A stretch of 64,000 nucleotides of DNA from Phoronis australis (Eukaryota; Animalia; Phoronida). The stretch lies in assembly GCA_002633005.1 (NCBI GenBank), contig NMRA01000131.1, forward strand, positions 683,808 through 747,807, given 5' to 3'. Every line of letters starts with the position of its first letter. Within the stretch, counting starts at the first letter, position 1. A model generated the notes under the pieces. The model was given only the letters and a program-made list of their open reading frames with translations, was not told the DNA's origin and searched no databases. Shown piece by piece: positions 34,825 through 48,186 of the stretch. A program made the translations under genes and the position numbers.

Positions 34825-37800
34825 CTGGAAGAGAAAAGTAAAAAAGAATGGAGAAATTGATCTCTATTAATCTACTGAAACAATAGTCAAAGCTATTTAT
34901 TAAACCGATATGCAGATGGGAGAACCCCGGACATCAAACTAAGTGACTAATTTAACAAGAGCAACATAAGCATAGATATGCGCCTGCAATGGACCGCAAC
35001 CAGTATGCCTCTAGAGAAGTTTATCAGCTCCAACACAGTACAAGGATACACCAATCTGACCATAAGAGGGAGCTGCACTAGTCAGAATGAAGAAAAAGAG
35101 TTGGTGTCTCACATTTTCAACCTAAAACCGTGGCAGTCGAATACCTGTCATATAACTCTGTGCTATTAAGCAGTTTTTGAAAAATTGACCGACAAGCAAA
35201 ACTAGCAACTACCGTCAGGCGGCCAAAAACATTTTGAGTGGGCAGTCTAAAAATGACCACTAAGTGGTCGAACATATGCCGAATACGGCCAAAAATGGGA
35301 ATAGAAATCCATTAACCAAATTTTAAGGAACTCCAAAGATAAGATACAGAAGCAAATGCCATTGCGTGGCAAGGCGGCAGCTGGATTCAACCAAAAGTCA
35401 TATGATGTCACGTTCAAAGGGAAACACTTCCAAATGTCACTGAGATCTTTCCAAGTGTTAGGGAGATACAGCCATGGGCTCAAAAAATTACCAAAAGGAC
35501 CACATTTAACCAAAGTTATCGTCATCCATTTCCATGCTTATAGGAATATAATTCCTAAATTTCACAAAGAGATGTAGGAGATACAGCCGCAGACACAAAA
35601 AACAAAACTACCACAAGGGGGGCGCCACAGTACTCTGACCCACCTATTCTCAGTAGGAACGCAAAATAATTTTTCAAGCGGGTAATAAAAATGGCCATTA
35701 GGTGGCATAGAATATGTCGCATTCATCCAAAAATGGGCAGACGTCATTATCTCTGTAACAGAAACCTGCATGACAAATTTCATGGAAGTCTAGCAAGAAT
35801 ACAGAAGCAAATGCAAAAAATGCCACTAGGGGGGCACAAGTTGGGTCCGTTTATAGAATTACACTTGCCAGATTCCACAATGTTTCTGGACGCTGTACAG
35901 AGATGATGACAATATGCGACCACAACATTTTTGTAGGCGCATAAAAATATAATCCTTTAATTTCTCAATCAGAAGATACCTGTACAAATTAGCGGCATCC
36001 ACATGAAGCAGATAGTCAAATTTGGCAAGAACTTTAATCAAAAAGAACAAATAGAGAAGACTTAAAAACAGCAACAAATAAAGAAGTTTATTAAAATGCA
36101 GCAAATGAAGCTGCCTGAAACTAAACTTTTCAAAGAAGTGTACACAAGTGAAGTCTAGATTGTCTACTGTCCATACCTCTTGGACGTGTTGTGTTGCGCC
36201 AAGCTCTATAGCACTGGCTTTACGTCTGCGAGGTGGAGACTGCAAGTGAGGAAACAAAAGATGTAGAATCTAAGAGAAAACAGAGATCTAATGGAGTCAA
36301 TAGTCATTTCAGCAAAAGCTTGACAGCTGCATTTCACCATTTAGCTGGCTAAAAACCAGGAATCAAATCAGGCCTCTTTGCTCACTGCACTGTGATAAGA
36401 TACTATTTCTGTTACCAATAGAACATGGAAACCATCAGCAACTCAAGAAAATAGCTGGAAGTTTACTGGGGTTGGCAAACCCTAAAAGTGCCTATGACAT
36501 GAACTGGGAACAGAAACAGAATTCCATCAAATAAGGAATATTGTGAGATAAATTTTATGAGCAAAGGCCCAATTCAATTTTTGTTTTAGCAACCTAATCA
36601 GAGCAAAATGCAACTTTAAATGATAATGCAAGAACCTATGTGCTTCGTCAAAAATCTAGTCACCTGCTTCAACTAAGGTCAATAAAAAAGCTTTTAATCG
36701 TTTGCTATAGGTCGGTCAAAGAAGAAGATTTTCAATTATCTGCTTCAACCGAAGTCACATAAGAGACTTGCAAATGTGTGTTTCAACTGAAGTAAGAAGA
36801 CAAATGGTACTAATGATTGACAGAGAAGTGTGCAGTGTGTTCAGAGTAGAGAGGAAATGCACACTGGATGAGATGTTACTAAAAACATAAGTAAAAGGAG
36901 ACACAACCACAAAGATTGAAGTGGTTAGTCAAATAGGACAACATAGTAAGATGTACTTACATTTCTTGGTGAAACTCCTTCCTTCTTTGTTGCTTTAAAA
37001 GGCTTCAGCAGACTAAATTCTGAAATGTAAACCTCAAAATCAGACGAGGCTGTAGTGCCACTTAGTTCTTCAGAAGGACCATTATGTTCGAAGGGTCCAT
37101 TTGTTAAAAAGTTAAATTTTGGTCAAAGCTAAGGTGATCATAAACACATCATTGCGAACACAAGGATGTATTCTTTGGATTAATGAGGGATTGCATCTGA
37201 CGTAAAGTAGGTATTCGTTTATATTCACGCTTCTACCAAACTTACTTCAGCCAAACTGAGAGCCACTTAATATCAGTCTTAGAACAGACTGGGTCAACTG
37301 ACCTTCAGCAAAACACAAAACATTTTTTTGAAAAATAACATTTTATAACTAATTTTCAAAAAAAAACATTATTAAAACAAGAATTGTTAACAATTATGGT
37401 AAAACTTAATCCACATGTATGTGTGTGAATAGCTGTAACTGCGCGTGCAGGGCTAACAGAGAAGACAGGAAGGCAGATAAAGAAATCCAAGATAACAAGA
37501 CCACAACCGCTAGACGGCAGAAATGAGCAGATAAATACAGAATGACTTCTTTGGATGGAAAAGCGAATAAAAACTTCAAGAATTTTAGAGCCCAGTTTTA
37601 GTTTCACTTAGTTTTAGAATTGTAGGAAATTTCAATCTTTGTCCAAGCTCAGGAATACAATGCCAAACAAATTGTGCTTCCGTGATATAAACGTTTTAAT
37701 GCCAAAAAGAAATTTTTAAAAATTCAAACAAACACTTGTCCAAGCACATGACCTTTCCCTATCCAATGAAGCCAAAACAAAAGTTGGTGAAACATAAGCA

Positions 37801-40800
37801 AAGCAGTGTACCTGGGATAAAGCTACCTGAACGGCGACGAGCTTTCCGTTTCTCCAGGTAGACTGGAGCTGAATTCTTCACACGGCCAGAGTCGACACTT
37901 TCACTCGATTCCACCTCAGCTGTGAGGACAGGATAAAGGGGGGTTAGGTTAGATGGAAGTTACATTGTTACTATTATGCTTCTTTGAAATAACATTACAA
38001 CCTATCAACAACCATGGGATAAATTAAAGAAAATACACAAATCAGCAGAGTAAAATGACACATACAAGTATGGCAATGATCAGCACTGTTATAAACAAAT
38101 TAATGTGTTGTTTCGATTATCATAACAATGTGTTCTCCAGATAGTACAACTGTTCCCACTTCATACAGCCACCAATGAAAGTAGTCTAATAATACACTTT
38201 TATTTTTCTTTGCATGTTTTTACCAAATATTGCTGTTTTGTCACACTATTGTATTTAGAAACACATGAAATATTGCCTTCACTTCTCAAAATATGGAACA
38301 ATGTGAATTAATCAACTTTAACAGATATACCAATAACGATGGTATGTCAGAGGGCTTGGCTCTTAGCCTGAAATGAGCTTTTCAAGAAAACACTCCAAAC
38401 AATAGCTTACAGGATTCCTTATCCTTGCCGAGTTGTTGGAGGACTATTTCCTTGGCTTTTTCTGGAATGTTGGCCGAGTAACTCTCCAAGATTAAACGCT
38501 TGATCTCTTGGCACCATTCTCGCTTCTGTTGGATGGAGCGAGCCTGTAGGTAGGAAAAACAGACTTCAATGTTGATGGTCAATTAAGTTCTGGGCAACCT
38601 TTAACTTGCAATGTCCTGTGTTCTATCAAAGAAGTCTGCTTTGTTGTAACATTTACAACCAGTCAATGTCATCCAAAAGTAAAACTGCATTACAAATTGG
38701 CAGGTTTACAATATCAACGCTTTATTCCACAAGACCCAAGTGAACTGCACTGTATACAAGTTGATTTGATTACAACTAACTTCGATCATTGTGGACATTT
38801 TAGAAAAGTCTACAGTTCATTGAAAAGCGAGATGACTAAATAAATAAAAGTGCCAGTCATCCTTCTTTCAGCAAGTTCAATTTCTAAATATTACATTTCT
38901 GAATAATCCTAAGACCTAAGCTATTCTCACCACTTCAATAAGGAATAGTTAGTTGCTTCACCAGTAAAGCTCAGAAACAGAAGGCCCTTTCATACTAACT
39001 TAACTCGGGTATGATCGGAGCGTCGATGTAAACTGCGAAGTTAACTGAAACGTTCATACGAGCTTCGGTAGTTAACGGCATCGACGTAAAAGTAAGTGAC
39101 GTGTACTGATGCATCCAGTGTGCGCTAAGATTTTTTAATGTGACAGCTTGAGAAAATGGACAGAAGCTAATTGACATAAAACTTATTTGTAATTCGATTG
39201 GTGATTATTTGAGCAAAATATAAGCAACTGCAAGTGTCAGTGATGACACTGCCCTTTAGCAGTAGCCCCTGGCGACAACTTCGATGAGACTGGAGTTGAC
39301 CGTGCATAATGTACTGCAGCATCGACACTCCACTGTTAAATCCACTTGTTTATTTGTTTAACAGCATCAGTTAGCTTCGATCTTGGACCGTAGTTAACCG
39401 TTTATATTGACTGTAAATCCCCAAACCATCAACGAGTTGACGTCAGTATTAAAGGGCCTCTATTCTAGGTAAAAGACACTGATATTTAAACATGGCACTG
39501 TTTGTGGCTTCAACATGCCACCATTCTACACTTCCTGTCACATGACCAGGGTAGTGAGTATACAAATATTCACCTGTAGTGTGTACTGTAGCCTGGGGTT
39601 GTCGAAAGGGATCACATGAAAACACAGGGGCTCTTTGGGAATACTCTCAATCAACATCAAGTTTGAACACTACAATGGAAGAGACGTTCCCCAAAATTAG
39701 GCTTTACATATTAAACACATTTGCTCAAAAGCGTACGATTTATTAAAAAGTAACTCGCATTATTTTCAAATGAAGCTGTCAGCATATTATCACATTTACA
39801 GAATACCATAAAGTAGCGAAATGCCAGCAAATCCAAAATTTCAACAGCACATGAATGAAAAAAAACTGCTGCTACAACATACGATTGGTTAAAATCAGTC
39901 AACTTTCTTCTGAAACTGCAAAAGACAATGAATCAAAAACTGACTTAATAAACTAGTCTGGGCTTACCATAACAACAGCCTTGCAGGCTAATGTTCCATC
40001 ATCCTTCCTTTTGGCAATGATAAGACCTCGTTTGAATAGAAAGATCTGACGGCTTGCCTTGGCACCGAACATACGAAAGGAACTCTGTCAAGAAGTCAAG
40101 CATACATTACATTTAAAAAGATAAAAACTATGAAAGCAATTCACAATAAAGTTCTCCTACACATTCAAAATATGAACAACGGCCAGTATGTATGTACAAT
40201 TTTTTCATGATGCATTTCACGCACCCACAGCAGATTAGACATAAACTTTACTTGTTCAGTAATTAGGCCATATTCCTTTTACATCTAAAAAGTTTATTTT
40301 TATCATTCTTGATTGGTTTTGAATTACAAAGTGAAAATGGACACGATTTTATGAGTTTTCAATTTTAAATATATTCATCATACACATCTTTTCTCAATCA
40401 ACAAAAACTTTGACAAAATGTAGGCAGCCTCATGACTCACGACTTTTTGGGGGACAGCAACATCTTTCCGCAACTATTATTAGAGAATGCAAATGGCTTT
40501 TGGTGATTTTTGTATCCAGATCAAAGATCCGGATTGGTATGACATGTAAAATTTGATTTAAATTGAATTTTAGCCAATTTTGCCGAACTCAAGTGGGGTA
40601 ACTATAAAAACAAACATGTTCATAAGGCAAGTATATTTATTCAGGTGACTAGTAAAACCTATTAATAAGAGAACTTGACAATTTGAACCCCTTCCCGTCA
40701 AAAATGACAGCAGACTACAAGGACAACAATGGAGGCTCCGCACCACCAGCTTTACAACACCCTGCATTAGGTGTACCAGACGCGACCCTGTAAACAGCAG

Positions 40801-43800
40801 ATTTGGCCAGAGGTATAAGCTCCAGGTATTCTAAGCTCCAGGTATTCACCTCAAGAATGAGTTCTCCAAAAGTGGTGAGGTCTTGTCCTGTCCAGTCATA
40901 CAGCATACTCTGCAACACCTGCACGCGTACTGCATCCTCATGCTTCCTCTTCATCTCATTGATGTGTTTAGCCATGTCCGTCATGGACAGCAGCGCCCCC
41001 TGTATGTCGTCGTAGCCAGATCGGTCCTTGTCATAGTGCTTCAACAGACTCTGTGAACAGCAAGTATAATAAAAGATGTTAAGTCTCTCCATTTTGTTTG
41101 TGCGAGTGTTTAAAGAAACTCTTTCCTGTACTTTCACTAGTTATAAGAATACAGGACTAGTCTCATCAATCGGAAGATATCACAAATGCATATATTTACA
41201 CAGACTACTAACAATTGCAGAGAATTTGTAGTTCAGCAGCAATTAGCTGAGGCGGCCATTTTGTTGGTGCACTACCAGTTATTCCAAATTCAACTGAAGA
41301 ATTTCCCATTTCAATGAGACTGGTGCGACAACAAGATTTTGCTTGTAGACATGGATTTGTTGACCTTTAAAGGTTATATTCCATTTATTCATTTTCGTAA
41401 CATCTGTAAGACACTCTTCACGGCTTCTAATCCTATTCTCAGTACATTACACATTCTTTACTTCAAGATGTGGCTTTACTTTTTACACCCAAAACCCCAA
41501 CCTTCTATAGTCACAAACAATGTTGGCTCAGACAGGATGTAAAAAATTACCTGAAGTAATAGGTGATATTTCAGAATCCGCTGAACAGGTTTGAGCAGGT
41601 ATGACCCCAGGGGCAGAGCGTGACCCAGTTCCTTCTGACGCGTATGGAATGCTTCGGCAGAATCCGGCTTCCTCATGCATTCCGTCAAAACTTCAACAGC
41701 TCTGGGTAAAACGTGAAAAAAATAAGCCAAAGTTAAATTTGCGGAATGCCAAATACTAATCACCTTTTACGAGAGTAAGCAAAAATTCAGTAAGTTCATG
41801 GCCATCATCAATTTAACAAATGAACAAACACAGGTTTCCTTAATGCTCAAAAAAGGTGTTCAAAGATGTGCTTTCTTTCCGCTAAGTCTCAAAATCCATT
41901 GAAAGTCATGAGATCACGTTCCATGAACATAATTATGTAAAGGACTCATTACTGTCAATACACATACACCCAAGTTCTAACACAGCTCAGTCGTGTGCCA
42001 CAATCATACCTGGGGTAGTTGGTGCAGTACTCAGTGTAAATATGGAAGCCCTGACTATGGTCGACAAAACACTTAGCTATTTGCACAGCATCTTCTTCAC
42101 ACTTCTCCAGTTCAGCTAGGAATGACCTGAGATGGAGCAACATTAGCCTAGTAAGTACTCTGTTTACTGAAATTCAAGCCGAAATTCAATTTCCTCGATT
42201 CTGAAGAGTGGTATATGGTTGTTTTGACATTTGCCATATTTCTCAAAAAAGGACACAGCAGTTTGCATAAACACGGTTTGAAAATACTATTGTCAGTTCA
42301 TAAAGACAGCCACTGACACATTTTTCTGGGCCTCCATGGCATGAAACAAGGAGGTGAATAATCATTTGTTGTCAGGCTTTCATCAAGTGAGAGTTGATGG
42401 CGTCAAAATGGACATCCTCACTCAAATTTAGACATCATATGTAGGATATCTTGGCTGCCATCACACAACATTGGCAGTGGATATCATGAGAACTAGGAAA
42501 ATCCAGTATGAACACCCTAGTTTTCAAATCGTGAATGAACCCGTTTGTCATTGCTCGTAACTCTTCAATATGGGACATCCACTACTTTATATTTCTCAAA
42601 TCTGTTACAAGCTCCGACCTTGAGAAAATAATTTCCACTGAACCGCATGTAGATTTTTCTTCACATATCAGACACAAGTGTCAGTTTGACATATAGAAGC
42701 ACAATTTATCAGAACAATTTTACAAGGGTATAGTGATGGGATGTTAATTACGTTTTGTGGAGAAATGCGCATATAGCTGTAGAAAAATACACCATCCTTT
42801 AACATCAACTGAGCACTAGCACACTCACCTATTAAAGGAATGAATCTCCTTGACATTGCAAAAGAGGGTGCTGATGTCATCCTCAGCAAGCTTGTAATCT
42901 TGACTGTGCTCTAGGACATTTGCGAGATAACCCTGACAACAGACAAACAGATAATTAGTTATGACAACATACAATAGATGGCTCTACTATGTCACTGCAT
43001 TGCACAGAACTTGGCAAGAAAACGACAATATTTGTTCTGGTCTACTTAACCTAGGAAAAAACATAGTTATTCTTACAGTTTCTCATGCTTGGTTAACGAG
43101 AACGGAAATGCCCAGGCTGGCAAGATTCCCACAAGACCCATTTAAGCATGCAAAATGATGGATGGTGATTAATGATATTTATCTGTGATTAATCCCATTT
43201 TCTACCACTAACCATCTCGCGTAATAACCAATTTAAATAAGGAAAAGTCCTGTTATTTTGTGAAACTCGAAACAAAACAATCTTAAAATATGACAATGGT
43301 AAAATCAACTAAGCATTTCTTAGCCATACTGAACAACAGATACATAGGTGGAAACATTCCCCAGTCAGCAAGTGTGCTTGGAAATTCAGATACAGTCTAC
43401 CCAATATCATAAGTCAAGGTATACTTCAGTATAAAAGGCTACCAATAACCATTATTAAGTTTTCCATGATTTAAAAAGCACAAATCATGTTTATTAGAAA
43501 GTGCAGAATATCCCAAAACAAACAGTTTGAAGAGTCAACAACGGAGCTGGGTAACTTGGATTCCTAAATGACATTAAACAGTAACAACCTGAAATGGGAC
43601 AGTGAGATGCCATTGTAGTTATCCAGCCTACCTCTTTCAAGAACCCTGCCTACCCAGTGTACAAGGGCAAACATGGTGTTGTTGAAACTGAAGTAGCACA
43701 ATGACACCCCCCCCCCCTTGTGCAGGGGCAGACATGGTATACATGAAACTCAAGTAACACGGTAACACCTGTATAAGTTATACCAACAGGTCACTTGAAA

Positions 43801-46800
43801 GCAAGCCAAGGCACTACACATGTCCAAACGCATCACAGACCATTCTCCCACACAGATGTCTAACGAACGTCATGGACACAAAAATTCTCATTACCACTTC
43901 AAATATCATGCATTGAAGTTTACAAATTAGGTAGTTTATTAACATGAAAACTTAATTTTTTCCACTGTGTAATAAACTCTGTTATGTGTGAACGTATCTT
44001 GCACTTTCTTTTCTGAACTTTATTATTTGAAAAACTGATTCATCTATCATCACTAACATGCATATTCACTGAATGTCCCAAAAGCCCTCCAGTAGAATTT
44101 TCACCAAATGCCACTTCCAATTTGACCAACACACACCAATAAGTTAGTCTTCAGTGCCCACTGAAGACATGTGGTGCCATGCTTGACAAAAAATAACAAT
44201 TTGTGTAACTTTCCTGAATTCCAATATATTTTGACATGTCAAGCCTAATAGGCAATGGGTAGAATGTTCTTTGTCAATTAAAAATAGTTACAGAAATCTG
44301 TGAGACAGCTTTAAAGTAGCAAACAGTGAAATGCTATTGGTGGGAACTTTAAATACCAGCAGGCGATAACAGTATTGTTGGGAAGTGTAAATCAAATGTT
44401 TGGGTAAAAATAACTTGAAGAATGTTGTTTAACTTGCGTAAAGTACACAGAAGATGGCGATAACGGTTCATTGATAAAACACACTTTCACTTCTGGCCTA
44501 GACAGCTCTCACAGAGGAGATGAGGAACAGGTTCAACAATAGCCATAAACACCCTCAGTCAGAAAACTTCATTCGTAATTAGCTAAATTAAACCAAGCTA
44601 GGTCAAGGTCAACGACACGTCACCTTATTTGATATATTTCTCCAAGCTTGAATTTCCTTGCTCATTAACCATTGTTTAACTTAATAAAAAATGATGAGTA
44701 AGGTAAATAAGGACTGTCAAAAAAAATCTCAAATAAGCTTGCCAATAGGCAATAGCCTTTTTCAATATTCCAAGCTTAGAAACGATTTTCTCTTAGAAGC
44801 CATTGCTGTGCAAGCCTGAACTTGAATATGGTAATTCTCCACAGATTACGCACAACATAATTGCCAAAATTGTCACTTCCCATTTTTCAAAGGCCAATAG
44901 ACTTTCTGGAAACAAAGAAAATATTGCCAAATGTTATGTTACAAAATCTGCACAGTACAAAACATATTTACAATAGACTGAAGTAGAATGTGAGTTGATG
45001 GCCATATTGCGGGCTAAATAAGAGAAGAATTAATTACCATAATGTTGAACAGGCTTGAATAACCATTTGTACTTTGGAATTTGAATAACTTTACAGAGAA
45101 AGGATTATTGAAGCTTGATGACACAGGGAAGAACATTTTCATCCTCATCAAACATTCAGCTACACATAGCAACTGGAAACCCTTTCAGGTTAACTTGAAA
45201 TATCTTGTTCACTTTTTCATTTCATTAATCTTAATAGTTCATTCAAGTCATGACAAATTCTGACAATCTACTATGATTAATCAACGACTGACACGATCAA
45301 AAATTCAACAACCAGGCAATAAAATATTCAACATGCAAATAAATGCATTGCGGTTCTTTCAGATTATCCCAAACCTCAATTTAGGAACCGCAAAACCAAT
45401 ATTTAATACAGGAACACACACTAACTGATGCTAATCAAACAAGACATTGAACAAACTAAACTCTCTGCCCTCACACTGACTGGTGTTTTTCTGGGAGGTT
45501 TTCAGGTTGATAGCTGTGTACACTGAGAGGGGTACAACTAACTGTGTAAAGAGTGAGACAACTGCTGAGTGAGTGTCAAGTTAGCTGGGAGTGGTCAAAG
45601 GCTATGGTGTAGTCTAGACAGGAAGGAGACTATTTCTAGTCATTCTTAGTGTGTTCCACCCTCTACTTCCCACCCTCTACTTCCCCTCTACCACCTGTAG
45701 AACAGGTAGTATATTACTCCATCTGTATTATCTGAGAATAACATTGATACAACAGACCACAAATCATCTTTATTAGTTTTCCCTACAGACACGGCCCCAA
45801 AAAACACCATTAGTATGCCGTTTTTTATGGCTAAAGCAGATTTTCCTTCAAAAGTTTTGGTCCCCCCTTTACGACAACCAAGATCCACTACGACCTATAC
45901 ATACATATATATGCTTTAGAACGGAAATAGATAAACCTTAAAGTAATACCAGTAGTAGAAAATGAGAAGAAAGTTTATAACTTTAAACCTAGAAATAAAA
46001 ATTCATAAGAAGCACAAAATTACTTGTACTTCAAGCAACTACTCCTACGGTTTGTACTGCAGAGAAAACAAGAATTTGAAAACTGTAATCTCAGATTGTA
46101 ATCAGCCTAGTAACAGACTGATGAAGGCAACCCCAGGCAAAAATGTGATTGGCTGAGGTGATAGAAATCCATACATGATTTTATACGGCTTATCATTTGC
46201 CATAGAATGTACATCAGACTTATTGTTCTCGTCAATGTGGTTCCTGTGGTACAAGTAAGGAAACCAGCCCATAAATGGTCATATGATTGGTTGACCACTG
46301 ACTTCGTAAAACTACTGGTGAAAAGGAGATTAGAGCTACGGAAGCCATTATAATAATTGGATAAGCGATGTGAGTAATATATGATGACGCAGGCCAGGAG
46401 CGGAGGCCAGTGGCCACACGGAAGTTGATAAATCAGACATGAATTGGTATCGTGGACTTTCCTGGAGACAACAGTCATCGCTAATGCTGACCATGGCAGT
46501 CAATAAAAAACAAAATTGTTCTTTAAGAGCTGCGACCAGCAAGAAGCACTACTACTCAGATAATAATAAATTTCCAAAAAGTTCTTTCAATCACTGTAAG
46601 ATTTAGCCTCCGCATTTACTCAGAATATGACTGAAACAAGCCCAAGTCTTTCTAACAAGGAGGCAATTTGCAGTTAGTTTTTTTTTTTGACACATACCAT
46701 CTAACCCAAATTTGTGCACTAAGAATTCTTCAGCTCAATGATGTTGTTAAATGGTGTTGGAAGAGTGGGCAAGGACTGTTGACCCTTAGTAGATAGACAT

Positions 46801-48186
46801 ATCACTAACAAACCCTTATAGACACTGTTATCAGTGCAGATAACCAAGAAGGTCAGCTTGGGGTAGATATAAGAAGCATGGGACAAAGGGACCCTGTTGG
46901 AACAAGAGTTGTCAACATAAAGGCAGATTTTTATTCAAGACAGACACATGGCCGAGAATGAGAGTTTGAGTACATGATGTGTAATTAAATGTTAAAAGTT
47001 ATAAGTCCAAATTTAGTTACTTGTATACAGGACTACCTATGCATTGTCCAAGCCATTCATTGAAATCAGAGATTGCAGACTGTGGACCAAAAGTTGTTGC
47101 ACATGAAAACTCATGTATGTGGACAAAACTTCAAGGAGACAAATCTTGACAAAACTACATACAACTCTCCGCTTGCTTTAACAGAAATTGTGTTTTAGGA
47201 ATGGGAAATTTTCAGGAAGCATTAGGGACTGATCACGCGGTACCTGTGACTCTTTATAGTCACCTGGCTGTACTCAGATGAGGTAAATCTTCTTCGCAGC
47301 TAGCACGTGGCTTAGAATATCTTTGACCTGGCCAAAAGTCTCTTATACAGTATAGGCAATAAGATCACGTGATGTGTTTTAAACAAAAATGAAATTGCCA
47401 CCTCGTCCTCGGAGTTCACTAGTATCCGGTCCCATGAGCTCAGTCGCCATGTTGCCGCTTGTACATCTCACATTCTGAACCTACCATCGTCTCCTATGTA
47501 TCTTATCCCATTTGTTATTTTTAAATCTATATCATTCTTAAATCCCCAAAAGCCATGAAAGAGAACTAATTTGTACCTGTAAGGATACTGACGTACCTCA
47601 ATTATTTCTTCCAAGTAGTTGCAATAAGTCCGTTCTGTCTGCAGTATTTCCGAAACCACACGAGAAATGTGCCGAACTTTAGGATCAGACAGCTCCACAG
47701 ACGATCCGACTGACTGCGACGACCGATTGGAGTAACTGATGTCGTCGTCTTCCTGCCCTGTGCTACCCTCTTCAGGCAGATCGGCCAACAACTCTTCATC
47801 AGTCAACGTGTCCATGTGGGGGTCACTAGCAGACGCACGAGATGGCTGTAGTCCATCAGAACCTTGTGATGTATTCGCTTTCTTCCTACGATTTTGCCGT
47901 GGTAATGATGAAGTAGATGAGGCAGATGATGATGTAGAACTGATACTCAGAGGTCGCTTCTTGTTGTCCACTGTTAACTCATTGTTTGTAGCAGTCACAC
48001 AGTCTTTAGCATTCGACAACTCTGTTTTGGTGCTGCCCTCTGTGGTCTCTGCACAGTGAGTGTCAGTCATATTGAGCGTGGACCGACTTAAGGTCTGTCT
48101 TCCATTGTTGTTGTTGTTGGTGCCTTCATCATTGGAATACTTGTCGAAAATTGTGAGCAGTGAGGGGGTGAGATCAACAGAGGATC
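32014..48186 (-). CDS. PLEKHG1: Dbl-family RhoGEF (DH-PH), PLEKHG1/PLEKHG3-like, ~1520 aa plus a first exon upstream
   Basis: Exons 47597-48186, 42829-42932, 42010-42126, 41551-41701, 40850-41050, 39968-40084, 39574-39669, 38411-38543, 37812-37919, 36961-37019, 36177-36239, 32014-34824; all GT-AG with consistent phases. Motifs [87 protein letters not shown]. The symbol names the PLEKHG1/2/3 family, not a one-to-one ortholog. Confidence 0.9.
34954..35947 (-). mobile_element. Helentron-associated non-autonomous element (HINE/DINE-1-like) in the last RhoGEF intron
   Basis: On the - strand it begins TTTTTATGCGCCTAC with a terminal hairpin and ends ...GCAGGCGCATA...CTCTTGTT. Subterminal inverted repeat tatgcgcct(g/a)c; internal degenerate repeats (aagatacagaagcaaatgc / aagaatacagaagcaaatgc). 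Confidence 0.55.
36177..36239 (-). CDS. PLEKHG1: RhoGEF exon ([21 protein letters not shown])
   Basis: ttgcag|...GAG|gtatgg, phase 0-0 (skippable without frameshift). Confidence 0.7.
36961..37019 (-). CDS. PLEKHG1: RhoGEF exon ([19 protein letters not shown])
   Basis: atttcag|...AAT|gtaagt, phase 1-0. Confidence 0.75.
37812..37919 (-). CDS. PLEKHG1: RhoGEF exon (..[16 protein letters not shown]..)
   Basis: ctcacag|...G|gtacac, phase 1-1. Confidence 0.8.
38411..38543 (-). CDS. PLEKHG1: RhoGEF exon, PH C-terminal helix ([22 protein letters not shown])
   Basis: ctacag|GCT...T|gtaagc. Confidence 0.9.
38983..39458. mobile_element. MITE with ~25-bp terminal inverted repeats (PIF/Harbinger-like GGCCC ends)
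   Basis: ggccctttcatactaacttaactcg ... cgagttgacgtcagtattaaagggcc; internal gtagttaac subrepeats; target-site duplication not clean. Confidence 0.65.
39574..39669 (-). CDS. PLEKHG1: RhoGEF exon, PH domain ([32 protein letters not shown])
   Basis: ttgtag|...CAG|gtgaat. Confidence 0.92.
39968..40084 (-). CDS. PLEKHG1: RhoGEF exon, PH domain ([27 protein letters not shown]..)
   Basis: tgacag|...ATG|gtaagc. Confidence 0.9.
40850..41050 (-). CDS. PLEKHG1: RhoGEF exon, DH end and linker
   Basis: ttcacag|AGT CTG...GAG|gtgaat. Confidence 0.92.
41551..41701 (-). CDS. PLEKHG1: RhoGEF exon, DH ([16 protein letters not shown])
   Basis: acccag|A...CAG|gtaatt. Confidence 0.93.
42010..42126 (-). CDS. 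PLEKHG1: RhoGEF exon, DH ([10 protein letters not shown])
   Basis: ctcag|G...AG|gtatga. Confidence 0.92.
42829..42932 (-). CDS. PLEKHG1: RhoGEF exon, DH ([34 protein letters not shown])
   Basis: gttgtcag|GGT...AG|gtgagt; this frame is not in the ORF track. Confidence 0.88.
47597..48186 (-). CDS. PLEKHG1: RhoGEF first common exon (Ser-rich N-terminus and DH start)
   Basis: Polypyrimidine acceptor ctctctccgtctgtcttgcag|GA (phase 1); donor GAG|gtacgt. Confidence 0.85.

Noticed and set aside
47377-47451. AACATGGCG strong start on the - strand just inside a RhoGEF intron
   Set aside because: Short ORF with only a weak donor of the wrong phase for the next exon; more likely a repeat remnant or YY1-like site.
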